A stretch of 64,000 nucleotides of DNA. It comes from Heptranchias perlo. Its lineage: Eukaryota. This document shows, in pieces, positions 45,745-57,499 of the stretch. The DNA is taken from positions 2,170,001 through 2,234,000 of the forward strand of contig NC_090363.1 in NCBI RefSeq assembly GCF_035084215.1, written 5' to 3'. The notes under the pieces are model-generated. The model saw only the letters and a list, made by a program, of their open reading frames with translations, was not told the origin of the DNA and ran no database searches. Numbering within the stretch: position 1 is the stretch's first letter; each line of letters begins with the position of its first letter. A program made the translations under genes and the position numbers.

Positions 45745-47055
45745 ATGGCGAAGTTTGCCGCCAAGAACAAGGAGCTGACGCTGGCGGAGAAGATGAAGGT
45801 GATCGAGGCGCTGAGCGGCCCCAAGATCTCGCAGCGTCTGCTGGGCAGGCGCTTCGGCGTCTCGCAGCCCCAGATCTGCCGCATCATCAAGAACAAGGAG
45901 CAGCTGGTCAGCGAGTGGCGGAACCACGTCAACCCGGGCCGCAAGCGCAGGCGGGACGGGAAGGCGCCGCCGGTGGAGGACGCGCTGCTGCGGTGGTTCG
46001 GCCAGGCCCGCGCCGCCGGGGAGACGGTCACCGGGCCGGCCATGAAGCAGGCGGCACGGAGCCTGGCGGCCGCCCTGGGGCGCGAGGGATTCTGGCCGAG
46101 CAACGGCTGGCTGTCCCGGTTCAAGATGAGACACAACATCGCCTTTGGCGGCCCGCGGGGCAGGAGGAGGGGCGGGGACGGGCGCGGACGGGCGCCGACC
46201 GCGCAGAGGGGCTACCCCCCGGGCGACGTTTACTGCTGCGCGCAGGCCGCCGTCTGCCTCGGGGGCACGGGCGGGGCTCTGGAGGCCTTGCTGTGCGCCA
46301 GCGCAGACGGCGGCGACAAGCGGAGGCTGCTGGTGGCGGGGAGGGGCCCGGAGCCGCTGTGCCTCCGGGGGCTCGACGCGCGGGCGCTGCCGGCCGACTA
46401 CCTGAGCGGGGGCGAGGGGCTCACCGCCGAGCGCTTTGACGCCTGGCTGGCCGACTTCGACCGGGAGATGGGGCGCCAGGGGCGGAGGGTGGCGGTCATC
46501 GCCGAGGCGGGCCGCGGCCCCCCCGCGCGCCCGCCCGCCCTCGGCAACGTGCGGCTGCTCTCCCCGCCTCCCGGCCCCTCCCCGGCCCGGGGTATCGCCA
46601 GCCACTTTGAGCACCTGTGCCGCGGCCGCCAAGCGGCGGGGGGCTTCGCCGGGCAGTTCACCGCGCTCGACGCCCTGCACCTGATGGCCTGCGCCTGGCG
46701 GGACGTGCCGGCCGGGACGATCGCCGGCTGCTTCCGCGGGGCCCGCCTGGACGGAGGGGCCGGAGAGCCGGCGGCCGGCGTTCCCCAGGAGCTATTCGAC
46801 CGGTCGGGGCAGACGGACGCCGGCGCGGCCCGGGGCGCCAAGAGCGAGGGGCCCGAGACGCCCTGCCCCACCGCCGCCCACGCCCTGGAGTGCCTCGCTG
46901 GGCTGCGCCGATTCTTCGAAAGCCGCGGCGGCTCGGACGGCGTTTACCGGAAGGTTTACTCCCTGGAGGATGAGGTCGTGCAGCTCGCCGCCGGAGGACC
47001 GGGCGACATCGCCGAGTGGCCGAGGAAGAGCGACGCCCGGTCCGACCCCGGGTAA
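45745..47055 (+). CDS. Tigger/pogo transposase-derived protein, TIGD3-like (CENP-B-type HTH domains plus degenerate DDE domain), 436 aa
   Basis: Kozak GCCGCCATGG. LTLAEKMKVIE...FGVSQPQICRIIKNKE...RKRRR...VEDALLRWF...VTGPAM...PSNGWLSRFKMRHNI resembles TIGD3 (VSQPQISRICKNKE). I saw no terminal inverted repeats. Candidate acceptor at ~45713. Confidence 0.85.
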   Translation: MAKFAAKNKELTLAEKMKVIEALSGPKISQRLLGRRFGVSQPQICRIIKNKEQLVSEWRNHVNPGRKRRRDGKAPPVEDALLRWFGQARAAGETVTGPAMKQAARSLAAALGREGFWPSNGWLSRFKMRHNIAFGGPRGRRRGGDGRGRAPTAQRGYPPGDVYCCAQAAVCLGGTGGALEALLCASADGGDKRRLLVAGRGPEPLCLRGLDARALPADYLSGGEGLTAERFDAWLADFDREMGRQGRRVAVIAEAGRGPPARPPALGNVRLLSPPPGPSPARGIASHFEHLCRGRQAAGGFAGQFTALDALHLMACAWRDVPAGTIAGCFRGARLDGGAGEPAAGVPQELFDRSGQTDAGAARGAKSEGPETPCPTAAHALECLAGLRRFFESRGGSDGVYRKVYSLEDEVVQLAAGGPGDIAEWPRKSDARSDPG

Positions 47056-47854
47056 GATCGTCCGCGTACCGCGCGAGGAATCGGACACGGGCGGGGAACG
47101 CGTCTCTCCGCAGCGTATCCCAATAGGCAGCACTTGCAAAGAGCCGGCACAGGCACGACGGGCCGAATGGCCTCTGCTGTAAGGCTCTGCGAATTGAACT
47201 GAATATCGAGCGTGTCCTCCGGGGGGGGGCGCCGACTGATCTGCCTCCCCCGCCCGTGTCCAACTTCACCCCGCCTCCCCCTCCCTCTCTCCGCGGTAAC
47301 CCCTCGCCTCGACTCGAAGGCCGCGCGGCCTCTTCGGTGACCAACCTCCATCCGCGGCCAAGCCCGAGCTGAGCTGTTCAGGGAGGACGGTTCCACCCCC
47401 TCCCCCTCCTCGTGGACCGGCCATCCCCGACGGAGGGGTGCGCATGTCGGTCGGGGGTTACGTTGATGGACCCCCCCCCCACAGCCCCTCCAATATCGAG
47501 GACATCCGGGTCAGCCGGGTACAATTTGCCAACGCGCGTCTCCTGGCGAGACGGCGGAGACGCCGCGACCCTCGATTTTGGGCCCCTCGCTCACTGCTGA
47601 TGAGGTTCCGCGCCGAGGGGAAATTGCCCCCGCCCCCGGGGGGGGCAACCGGCAAGCATTGAAGTGAACCCCTCCCCAGCACAGAGTCAAAAGTTTCAAA
47701 GGGACGGAAATAATTAGGTGAGAAAATGAGGGGGGGCGGGGGCTGAACGACAGCTCAGTAAATCAGATCGTTAAGGGGTTAATGGTTAGGTGGATGAAAT
47801 GCTTCAAGAAACAAAATCTCACAGAATCAGGGTTTATCGAAAACCACAGAAAGC

Positions 47855-48528
47855 ATGGGGAGAGAGCGGGTCAGTGGGATTAGTTTGGGATTGATACAGG
47901 ACTATGGGGAGAGAGTGGGGCAGTGGGATTAGTTTGGGATTGATACAGGACTATGGGGAGAGAGCGGGGCAGTGGGATTAGTTTGGGATTGATACAGGAC
48001 TATGGGGAGAGAGTGGGGCAGTGGGATTAGTTTGGGATTGATACAGGACTATGGGGAGAGAGCGGGGCAGTGGGATTAGTTTGGGATTGATACAGGACTA
48101 TGGGGAGAGAGCGGGGCAGTGGGATTAGTTTGGGGATTGATACAGGACTATGGGGAGAGAGCGGGGCAGTGGGATTAGTTTGGGATTGATACAGGACTAT
48201 GGGGAGAGAGCGGGTCAGTGGGATTAGTTTGGGATTGATACAGGACTATGGGGAGAGAGCGGGGCAGTGGGATTAGTTTGGGATTGATACAGGACTATGG
48301 GGAGAGAGTGGGGCAGTGGGATTAGTTTGGGATTGATACAGGACTATGGGGAGAGAGTGGGGCAGTGGGATTAGTTTGGGATTGATACAGGACTATGGGG
48401 GAGAGAGTGGGGCAGTGGGATTAGTTTGGGATTGATACAGGACTATGGGGAGAGAGTGGGGCAGTGGGATTAGTTTGGGATTGATACAGGACTATGGGGA
48501 GAGAGCGGGGCAGTGGGATTAGTTTGGA
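47855..48528. repeat. 49-bp minisatellite (GGGATTGATACAGGACTATGGGGAGAGAGCGGGGCAGTGGGATTAGTTT) running into an N gap
   Basis: Visible tandem array; same family as 63485-64000. Confidence 0.95.
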
Positions 48529-48837
48529 NNNNNNNNNNNNNNNNNNNNNNNNNNNNNNNNNNNNNNNNNNNNNNNNNNNNNNNNNNNNNNNNNNNNNNNN
48601 NNNNNNNNNNNNNNNNNNNNNNNNNNNNNNNNNNNNNNNNNNNNNNNNNNNNNNNNNNNNNNNNNNNNNNNNNNNNNNNNNNNNNNNNNNNNNNNNNNNN
48701 NNNNNNNNNNNNNNNNNNNNNNNNNNNNTCACCACCGGTGGGGGGTTTGACCCGGTGCGGAGGGAGTGGGGCTCACGTGTATGTTTGTTGGGGGGGGGAA
48801 AAGAGAGTGGGCTGCGCTCGTATTGGGGTTTAGGGGT

Positions 48838-49130
48838 GAGGATTGAGGGGGGAGGGGGGGGGGTGGCGAGGATTATGGGAGGGGGGGGGGGGGTGGCGAG
48901 GATTGAGGAGGGGGGTGGCGAGGATTGAGGGGAGGGGGGTGGCGAGGATTGAGGGGAGGGGGGGGTGGCGAGGATTGAGGGGAGGGGGGTGGCGAGGATT
49001 GAGGGGAGGGGGGTGGCGAGGATTGAGGGGAGGGGGTGGCGAGGATTGAGGGGAGGGGGGGGTGGCGGAGGATTGAGGGGAGGGGGTGGCGAGGATTGAG
49101 GGGAGGGGGGTGGCGAGGATTGAGGGAGGG
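48838..49130. repeat. ~24-bp G-rich minisatellite (GGTGGCGAGGATTGAGGGGAGGGG)
   Basis: Directly visible. Confidence 0.9.
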
Positions 49131-49184
49131 AGAGGCAGAAGTTGGGACCCATCGCTCAGCTTCTGCTCACCGCCAAGCTTGAGA

Positions 49185-49832
49185 TGCTGCCCCGTATCCT
49201 AACTCGCCCCCAGTCCCGTACCCCCATCACCCCCAGTCCCGTACCCCCATCACCCCCAGTCCCGTACCCCCATCACCCCCAGTCCCGTACCCCCATCACC
49301 CCCAGTCCCGTACCCCCATCACCCCCAGTCCCGTACCCCCCATCACCCCCAGTCCCGTACCCCCATCCACCCCCAGGTCCCGTACCCCCATCACCCCCAG
49401 TCCCGTACCCCCATCACCCCCAGTGCTCACTGACCGGTCCGGGAACGCCCCGATTTTAAAATTCTCATCCTTGTTTTCAAATCCCTCCATGGCCCTCGCC
49501 CCTCCCTATCTCTGTAACCTCTCCAGCCCCACAACCCTCCGAGATCTCTGCGCTCCTCCATTCTGGCCTCTTGCACATCCCCGATTTTAATCGCTCCGCC
49601 ATGGCGGCCGTGCCTTCAGCTGCCTGGGCCCGAAGCTCTGGAATTCCCTCCTAAACCTCTCCGCCTCTCTCTCTCCTCCTTAAAACCTCCCTCTTTGACC
49701 GAGCTTTTGGTCACCTCTCCTAATATCTCCTTATGTGGCTCGGTGTCAAATTTTGTTTGATAATCGCTCCTGTGAAGCGCCTTGGGGACGTTTACTATAT
49801 TAAAGGCGCCGTATAAATGCCAGTTGCTGTTA
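49185..49832 (+). mobile_element. L2-clade LINE 3' fragment with an internal 23-bp tandem expansion (CCCCAGTCCCGTACCCCCATCAC, ~49207-49425)
   Basis: Reverse complement of the 8470-8960 element; ends in ...GGCGCCGTATAAATGCCAGTTG. Confidence 0.8.
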
Positions 49833-49939
49833 CAATAACCGTCAGATCCACACCGTGAGCCCCAGTGCTCAGTGGAACAAAAGAACAACACTCTGGGCTT
49901 TCTGGTTTTTTTAAAAAAAAAACACCCCAAACTTCCGTC

Positions 49940-50500
49940 AGGTCTTTCCCCGGCATACCCGCGGTGTCTCCCGGCGATGGGAAAGACCTGCCAGGCTGCT
50001 TCACCCTCTGGAGTGGCGCAGCAAGCAAGCGGGTCGTGAAGCAGAGGGGCTGCCGCCACCTTCTCGGGGGGCGACGAATGCCGGCCTGGTCAGCGTCGCC
50101 GCCGTCCCGAGAAACAATTGGAACAAAAACAAACGCGAGGGAGGCCAGCGCTACGCTTAGAGGAGATGAGTCGGGGTCTCGGCGCAGCTGGGGAGGCGGG
50201 GAGGAGGGGGACGGGCGTGAGGTGATGAAACTTGACCGGCCGCCTGCCCTGGGACCCCCCCCCCGCGGGGACGGGCGAGGGAGCGCGGGGGGGTGTTTAG
50301 GATTTATCCGCAGCCAGGTGACAAGTGCCGGGAAGAGGCCTTCCCCCAGACCTCAAACGAGGGAAGCAGGAGATATAAGGATAACTCGGGGCTGGGTTTT
50401 GCCGAGCAGAGGAGTGCTGAGTTAGCGACAGCGAGCGGGAGAGCTTTCTGGGAGGCGAGAGAACCAGAGGAAAGGAAGGGAGCGACCGGCAGCAGGGACG
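49940..50500. promoter_or_regulatory. CpG-rich segment; candidate promoter or non-coding first exon of ZBTB12 paralogue B
   Basis: High CpG density ~2 kb upstream of the acceptor (~52399) preceding the ZBTB12-B ATG. Inference only. Confidence 0.35.
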
Positions 50501-50519
50501 CGAAAGGAGGAGGATAAAG

Positions 50520-50950
50520 TAAAGAAAGAATTTGCATTTCACGACCTCAGGACATCCCAAAGCGCTTTACAGCCAATGAAGTGCTTTTTGAAGCATAGTC
50601 ACTGTTGTAATACAGGAAACACGGCAGCCAATTTGCGCACAGCAAGATCCCACAAACACAAACGTGGTAAATGACCAGATAATTTTTTAATGATGTTGGA
50701 TGAGGGATAATTATTGTCCCAGGACACCGAGGAGAACTCCCCCTGCTCTCTTCGAAATAGCGGCCATGGGAATCTTTTACGTCCACCTGAGAGGGGCAGA
50801 CGGGGCCTCGGTTTAACGTCTCATCCGAAAGACGGCGCCTCCGACAGTGCAGCGCTCCCTCGGTACTGGCACTGGGAGCGTCAGCCTAGATTTTGCGCTC
50901 AAGTCTCTGGAGCGGGGCCTGAACCCGCGACCTTCTGACTCAGAGGCGAG
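50520..50950 (-). mobile_element. Deu-domain SINE
   Basis: Deu core, tail and partial tRNA-like head. Confidence 0.8.
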
Positions 50951-51549
50951 AGAGAGAGACGGCGAATGAGAAAAAGGATACGGATGGAGGTCTCGCAGAG
51001 AGGGTCAGGCGTTAACGAGAAAGGCATCGAGCGTAGTAGAGCCAGGGGTGAAATTGGCCTCCACCGATAGCGTGAGACGCACTCATCGCGAATCGGCCGC
51101 CCATATCCCACCGCGCTCAGTTTTCTTTTCCCTCGACCTCTGGATTACACGCGGAGTCACCTGGCGGGAGAAGCAGATTAGACATTGCCAGAAAGACGGT
51201 GTAGAAGGGAGGGTCTCCAGTTCCTAGGACACGGGGGCAAGTTTTGGTGGGGGGGACACTGCACGCACGTGGTGGGTCTCGTCTGATTTGGACCGATGCC
51301 GGTCTACTTACAGAGGGGGGTAAATAAGGAGCGATGGGGCAAATAGCAGACCTGGAAAGAGTGATGCAGGTGGTACGGACAGCAGGACCGGGTCGATGAG
51401 ATTTGAAGTACCAGTACGAATGTGGATAGAAAGATAGACACTCCTCTTGTGTGCTGTTTTATGTTTAATTATTGCCTAATTCGAACGACTAAATAATTCA
51501 ATTTATTTTCTCACCAAAAACGACAGCAGTGCCCGTTTGGGGCCACGCA

Positions 51550-52180
51550 TGCACAGAAGGAGGCCATTCGGCCCATTGTGCCGGTGCTGGCTCTTTGAAA
51601 GAGCTGTCCAATTATTCCCACTCCCCTCTGCTCTTTCCCCATAGTCCTGCAAATTTTTTTCCTTGTCAAGTATTTATCCAATTCCCTTTTGAAAGTTATT
51701 ATTGAATCTGCTTCCACCGCCCTTTCAGGCAGTGAATCCAGATCATTACAACTGGCTGCGTGAAAAAAATTCTCATCTCCCCCCTGGTTCTTTTGCCAAT
51801 TACCTTAAATCTGTGTCCTCTGGTTACCGACCCTCCTGCCACTGGAAACAGTTTCTCCTTATTTACTCTATCAAAACCCTTCATGATTTTGAACACCTCG
51901 ATCAAATCTCCTCTTAACCTTCTCTGCTCTAAGGAGAACAATCCCAGCTTCTCCAGTCTCTCCACATCACTGAAGTCCCTCATCCCTGGACCCATTCTGG
52001 TAAATCTCCTCTGCACCCTCTCTAAGGCCTTGACATCCTTCCTAAAGTGCGGTGCCCAGAATTGGACACAATATTCCAGCTAGTGCCCAACCAGTGTTTT
52101 ATAAAAGGTTTATTATAACTACCTCGCTTTTGTACTCTATGCTTCTGTTAATAAAGCCCAGGATCCCGAATGCTTTTTCA
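51550..52180 (-). mobile_element. CR1 LINE 3' fragment
   Basis: QRRFTRMGPGMRDFSDVERLEKLGLFSLEQRRLRGDLIEVFKIMKGFDRVNKEKLFP. Confidence 0.9.
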
Positions 52181-52415
52181 CCCTCGATCATCATCTCAAG
52201 TCTTGGAGGGGAGGGGGAGGGGGAGCCCAGATAGTGAGGGGGAGGGGGAGCCCAGATAGTGAGGGGAGGGGAGAGGACGGGACCCCGGATAGCGAGGGGG
52301 ATGGAGGGGGAGCCCAGATAGTGAGGGGGAGGGGGGAATATTGCAGACCTCACTGATGTTTCTTTCTGTTGTGTTCCCCCTGTCCCCCACCCCGTTCAGT
52401 TCACACCTGCGAGCG

Positions 52416-53768
52416 ATGGCGTCCGATGACGTGCTGCGATTCCACTTCCCGAACCACGAGGTGACCATCCTGAAGCGGATGAACCAGCTGCGGCTGGAGG
52501 AGCGTTTCTGCGACGTGACGGTGCTGGTCGACCGGCTGCGGTTCCCGGGCCACCGGGTGGTGCTGGCCGCCTGCTCCCCCTTCCTGCGCGACCAGTTCCA
52601 CATGAACCCCTCGCAGGAGGTGCAGGTTTTCCCCATGACCGGAGCCCAGATCGTGCTGCGGCTGCTGCTCTCCTGCTACACCGGGGTGCTGGAGTTTCCC
52701 TTCAACGACATCCTGGACTACCTGACGGCCGCCAGCTGCCTCCAGATGGAGCACGTGGTGGAGAAGTGCCGGCAATCGCTGTCGCCGCGGATCGGGCCGC
52801 GCGTGACGTCGGGGGAGGGCGGCGAGACGGGGGAGGAGCAACGTCCCGGGACCCCGCAGATCGCCTCCTCGTCGGAGCGGGGGGCCGAGGGTGAGAAGGG
52901 TCTCGGCGTCAGAGCGCCGCAGGAGGACGTGGTGAAAGTGGAGTCAGAGCAGCGGGCGGACTTTGCCGAGACGGCCAGGGCCGAAGACATTTGCATCCGG
53001 AAGGTGGAGTCTCTGGCTGACTGCATGGGCGGCCGGAGCCGGGGCGGGGGCTGCGGCAAGCCCCGCGGTGGGGTGGCAGGGGCCGAGACCACCAACGGAC
53101 TGGAGCCCGACCCTCGTATCCACTCCACCGTGGGGGGCGCGGCCGAGAGCACCGCCCCCGGGGGCGGCTACTCCGACAACGGCGCCCCCTACGACATGTC
53201 GGAGGTGATGATCTCCGACGACTTTCAGGAGGAGGACTACGAGAGCTCGGCCAGCGAGGAGTGCCGGAGCAGCGGCTTCTCCGGCAGCTTCTACCGGCCG
53301 GCCGACGAGCTCCCCCTCAACGCCCCCCACCCCCACCCAGCCGGCCAGCTCGTGGGGCAGGGGGGCAAGGAGGGGGAGGCCGGGGGCCCGGCCCTCTGCT
53401 CCGAGTGCGGGGCCCCCTTCGAGCACCGCGAGCACCTGGCCTCCCACATGGTCGTCCACAAGCTGTACATGTGCCTGCTCTGCGGCAAGGTCTTCAAGAA
53501 GAACGCCCGGCTGGCCCAGCACATCAACGTCCACACCGGCTTCAAGCCGTACTGCTGCGCCATCTGCGGCCGGACCTTCACCCAGAAGCGCTCGCTCAAG
53601 GACCACATGAACGTGCACAACGGCGACTCGCCCCACTGCTGCAACTACTGCGACATGCGCTTCACCCACTACAGCACCCTGAGGGTCCACCTCCGCGACC
53701 AGCACGGCAAGACCACCACCCGCAATCTGGAGAACAAGCCGGCCGAGATCAGCCTGGTGGTGCCTTAG
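52416..53768 (+). CDS. ZBTB12: BTB/POZ plus 4 C2H2 zinc-finger protein, ZBTB12-like paralogue B (450 aa, single coding exon)
   Basis: [15 protein letters not shown]...[17 protein letters not shown] domain, four C2H2 fingers and a C-terminal QHGKTT...AEISLVV like ZBTB12. Linker and finger helices have diverged from paralogue A. Confidence 0.85.
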   Translation: MASDDVLRFHFPNHEVTILKRMNQLRLEERFCDVTVLVDRLRFPGHRVVLAACSPFLRDQFHMNPSQEVQVFPMTGAQIVLRLLLSCYTGVLEFPFNDILDYLTAASCLQMEHVVEKCRQSLSPRIGPRVTSGEGGETGEEQRPGTPQIASSSERGAEGEKGLGVRAPQEDVVKVESEQRADFAETARAEDICIRKVESLADCMGGRSRGGGCGKPRGGVAGAETTNGLEPDPRIHSTVGGAAESTAPGGGYSDNGAPYDMSEVMISDDFQEEDYESSASEECRSSGFSGSFYRPADELPLNAPHPHPAGQLVGQGGKEGEAGGPALCSECGAPFEHREHLASHMVVHKLYMCLLCGKVFKKNARLAQHINVHTGFKPYCCAICGRTFTQKRSLKDHMNVHNGDSPHCCNYCDMRFTHYSTLRVHLRDQHGKTTTRNLENKPAEISLVVP

Positions 53769-55254
53769 ACAAAGTCGGTGCCCAAAAAAAAATAGTTAAA
53801 CGAAAAAAAAAACAGCAAAAAGACGCACCAAAATCGAGCACCGTTTTAGAAACAAAAAAAAAACACTTACAGTAGAGTCCGTTTGCCAACCCAACTAACA
53901 ACCAACCAGATTTCCCCCCCCCTCCTCCACCCCCCACTCGGGAAAAGAAAAGAAACTGCTTTGGGAAAAAAAGTAGCTGCAGTGAGTTAACGGACCTCTC
54001 GCTGAACACTCTCGATGTTCTCCTTCAGTCGTTCCTCCTGCCCGTTGTCCTCACAGTCGTTTTTTTTTTCACCGACTTGGCCGTCTCCTCACCATCGCCG
54101 CGGTCTTTTGGGTTTTTTTTTTCCGGGGATGTCTGCGTGGCAGGAAAAAGCCTCTTTGTGTAATCTATATTTTTATTCTTCCAAAAAAAAATTAATAATA
54201 ATAATTTGTGATTTAAAAAAAAATGGTGAAAATCATTTTTTCCCCCGTTTGTTTATTTTTTTTTTGCGCGCGCGCGCTGTGAAGTGTCGAGGAAAGGGGA
54301 CGTAGCCTCGGAATCGCTGCGTTTCAGAGGTAGACTTGTCTGTCTGTCCATGGTATTCTGCATTTCCCCCCCCCCCCACACAATGGGGCAGGTCCTAACT
54401 CAAGTCTCGCACACGAGATTCTTGAGCTGCTCGCCAGGGAAGAGCAGCTGAGGTGGTTTCCTGTTGCTTTCCTCACGGTTTTTATCTTTGAAGTATCTTC
54501 TAGGTGGGCTGTAACTGAGGCTAAAGAGGCCCACCTACTCTTTACAGTCGGGGGGCTTGGGGGGGGGGGGGCCACCTACACTCATCGGACGAAAAATACC
54601 CCGTCCCCCGGATGCCGATATTGAGCCAGTCTCTGCTCGCCTGGGACTGTCTGGAGCGGGACACTAGCCCGTCGCCATCTGAGTCATCGAGGCGGGCGTG
54701 TACTACCACTGAGTCAGCGGTCGCTCCACCCGGACGCAAGTACCCCCGCTGGATGTCAGCCCAGTATTTAGAGACCATGTTCTGGTCTCCATTCGCCAGT
54801 GGGTGTCTGGAGTGGAGCTCGAAGCCTTCGCCTGCTGATTCAGAGGCAGGAACGCTACCAGGCTCAGTCCTGAGAGACGGGTAATGATATTACTTCAGAC
54901 TAAAACCGCAACGGCCGACGGAGACGCAGGTTCGACTGGTGAAACGTTGAACTGATGCGGGTGCTGCTCTTCACGCAAAGACTGATCGATACTTTGGGTG
55001 AGGGAGAAATTCTGGATCGGGCAGCGGAGGGGATAAACTCTGGGAGCATTGGGGAAACAGCAGCGGAGGCTGGGGAGCCCCCAGGCCACAGGGGGATGGA
55101 GACTTGTTTCCCCTCTCCTCCCCCATACCATCCTGCTGCAATCCCCTTCTCTGCGGGATGCAACCGGGGCGGGCGGGGGGGGGGGGGGGGGGGGTGGGTG
55201 GGTGGGGTCTGCGCCCCTATGTTACGCCCAGGCACCGTGTAGCAAGGAGGTCTT

Positions 55255-55795
55255 ATAAGAGGAAGGAGGTCTTGCTGCAATTGTACAGGGCTTTGGCGAG
55301 ACGACACCTGGAGTACTGTGTGCAGTTTTGGTCTCCTTATCGAAGGAAGGATAAACTTGCCTTAGAGGGGGTGGAACGAAGGTTCACTAGATTGATTCCT
55401 GGGATGAGAGGGTTGTCCTATGAGGAGAGATTGAGTAGAATGGGCCTATACTCTCTGGAGTTTAGAAGAATGAGAGGTGATCTCATTGAAACATAAAATT
55501 CTTAGAGGGCTTGACAGGGTAGATGCTGAGAGGCTGTTTCCCCTGGCTGGAGAGTCTAGAATTAAGGAGCATAGTCTCAGGATAAGGGGTCGGCCATTTA
55601 GGACTGAGATGAGGAGGAATTTCTTCACTCAGGATTGTGAATCTTTGGAATTCTCTACCCCAGAGGGCTGCGGATGCTGAGTCGTTGAGTATATTCAAGG
55701 CTGAGATCGATAGGTTTTTTGGACACTAAGGGGGTGGCGGAGCAGGCTCGAGGGGCTGTGTGGCCTACTCCCGCTCCCATTTCTTATGTTCTTAT
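55255..55795 (+). mobile_element. CR1 LINE 3' fragment
   Basis: [47 protein letters not shown]. Confidence 0.9.
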
Positions 55796-56589
55796 TTGGG
55801 TGGAATAATCGGGCGATTTACCTGGGGCACACAATGAAACTCGGTGCTATGAGCTGCCCCCTGGACTTCGCTCACAGATTGGGGGGGAGGGAGGTCAGAG
55901 ACCAAAATACTAAATAATTTTGCGGGGGGGGGGGGGGTGGAAATTCCAGGTTGTTATATGGGCAGTCGGGGTGGGCTCCTGGCTACCGGTCTCCATTGGG
56001 TGACAGAAGGTCCCCATATCTCCCATTATTTGGCAGAATGTCCACATATCTCCACCAGGAGGCAGAAGGTCTCCACATCTCAATCAGGAGGCAGAAGGTT
56101 GCTTGATCTTGGAGGCCTGTTACACTGAACAGGCCAGTTTCTGCACTTTGATTTACCCCCATTTTCCAGGTGGAAGACCCAGCCTGGTGGGGCAGGATGG
56201 CAGGCCCACTGCTCATCGTATCTGTAAGGAGTTGTCTGACCTTCCCTCCGTTTAAATGAACGGCCTGAAACTGGGACATGCTCCATTAGGTGTACCGCGC
56301 CCTCTCCTGCCTGATTCCCTGTATTCGCTGCACCCAGTTAGCCCCAGGTACAGAACAGTGCAATCTGACCCTCACCTCTCTCTAACCTTCCGCATTTCAC
56401 TTTTAACACTGCCTCAGCCTAGAAGGTGCTTTACAGAAAGGGGAGAGAAAATAGGACGAAGAAACAGCCAATGAATCCTGGTGGGAGAATTAGGAGGTTT
56501 GACGTGGTCAAAAAGAGAGGTTTTAAAGTTGGGGAGACTAGGGTACAAGTTTAGGAATGGAGTCGCCTTATTTTAGAAATGATATATAC

Positions 56590-56880
56590 ATCAACAACTT
56601 GCTCGTAGTAAAATGTCCCCGAGGCGTTTCGCAGGAGCGATTATCAGACAAATCTGCCAAAGAAGGGGATATTAGGACCAGTGACCAAAAGCCTGGTCAA
56701 AGAGGTAGGTTTTTAAGCAGTGTCCTAATGGCAGGTGGAGAGGTTTAGGGAGGGAATTCCGGAGCTTAGGGCCGGGACTGCTGAAGGCACGGCCGCCAGT
56801 GGTGGGGCGAGCGCAAGAGGCCAGAGTTGGAGGAGCGCGCGGTTCTGGGGGTCGTAGGCTTCGAGGGGGTTACAGAGAGT
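56590..56880 (-). mobile_element. L2-clade LINE 3' fragment
   Basis: Similar to 8480-8810. Confidence 0.7.
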
Positions 56881-57499
56881 GTGGAAATACCCCTTTTGTT
56901 TCAAACTCTCAAACTGATGCGAAGTCACCAGGAATGTGGGATGTTGGGCTGTGTGAGGCATTCCCCATTCACAACGTCAGGCGAGGTGAGAGTTCCACGC
57001 AGATGTCTGATCTTAGAATGCCTCGGATTTAAGCCACAAAACGTAGTGACGAGGGGCGACGGAGAGACACTGGTGCATGTAAAGAAATCTCTATAACATT
57101 TATTACTGAGACGTCATGGTGAAAAGTTACGGCCCCCGAAGCGCACTCCTCCACCAAGAGCACGCCAGGTGAACCAAGAAATTGGCTCGGAATTTCCGTG
57201 GTGATCTAACGATTCTCTGCTGTAACATCGGCCCCAGAGGTTGGTGCGACCAAACCCCCCCCCCCCCAGAAATGTAAATGGCTGTCAGCTGTGCCATTTC
57301 TCCAGGCGTTGTGCCGAGAACACCGGAGGAAACTCCAGGTGGTAGAGTTTTGGTGACACCAAGCTTCGAGTTCGAAAGCCAAAGCTAGTAGGCGGAACGG
57401 AAGTCTAAAGGAGGTGAGGAATTTAGTAAAGAATGAGTTTGAGTAGGAGCTGAGACAACAGGGAGGGGGTGGAGGGAGGAGTAAGACCGTAGGGTTGTG

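Noticed and set aside
45573-47396. Long antisense and alternative-frame ORFs over the TIGD-like gene (and similarly over both ZBTB12 genes)
   Set aside because: Expected shadows of very high GC3 coding sequence.
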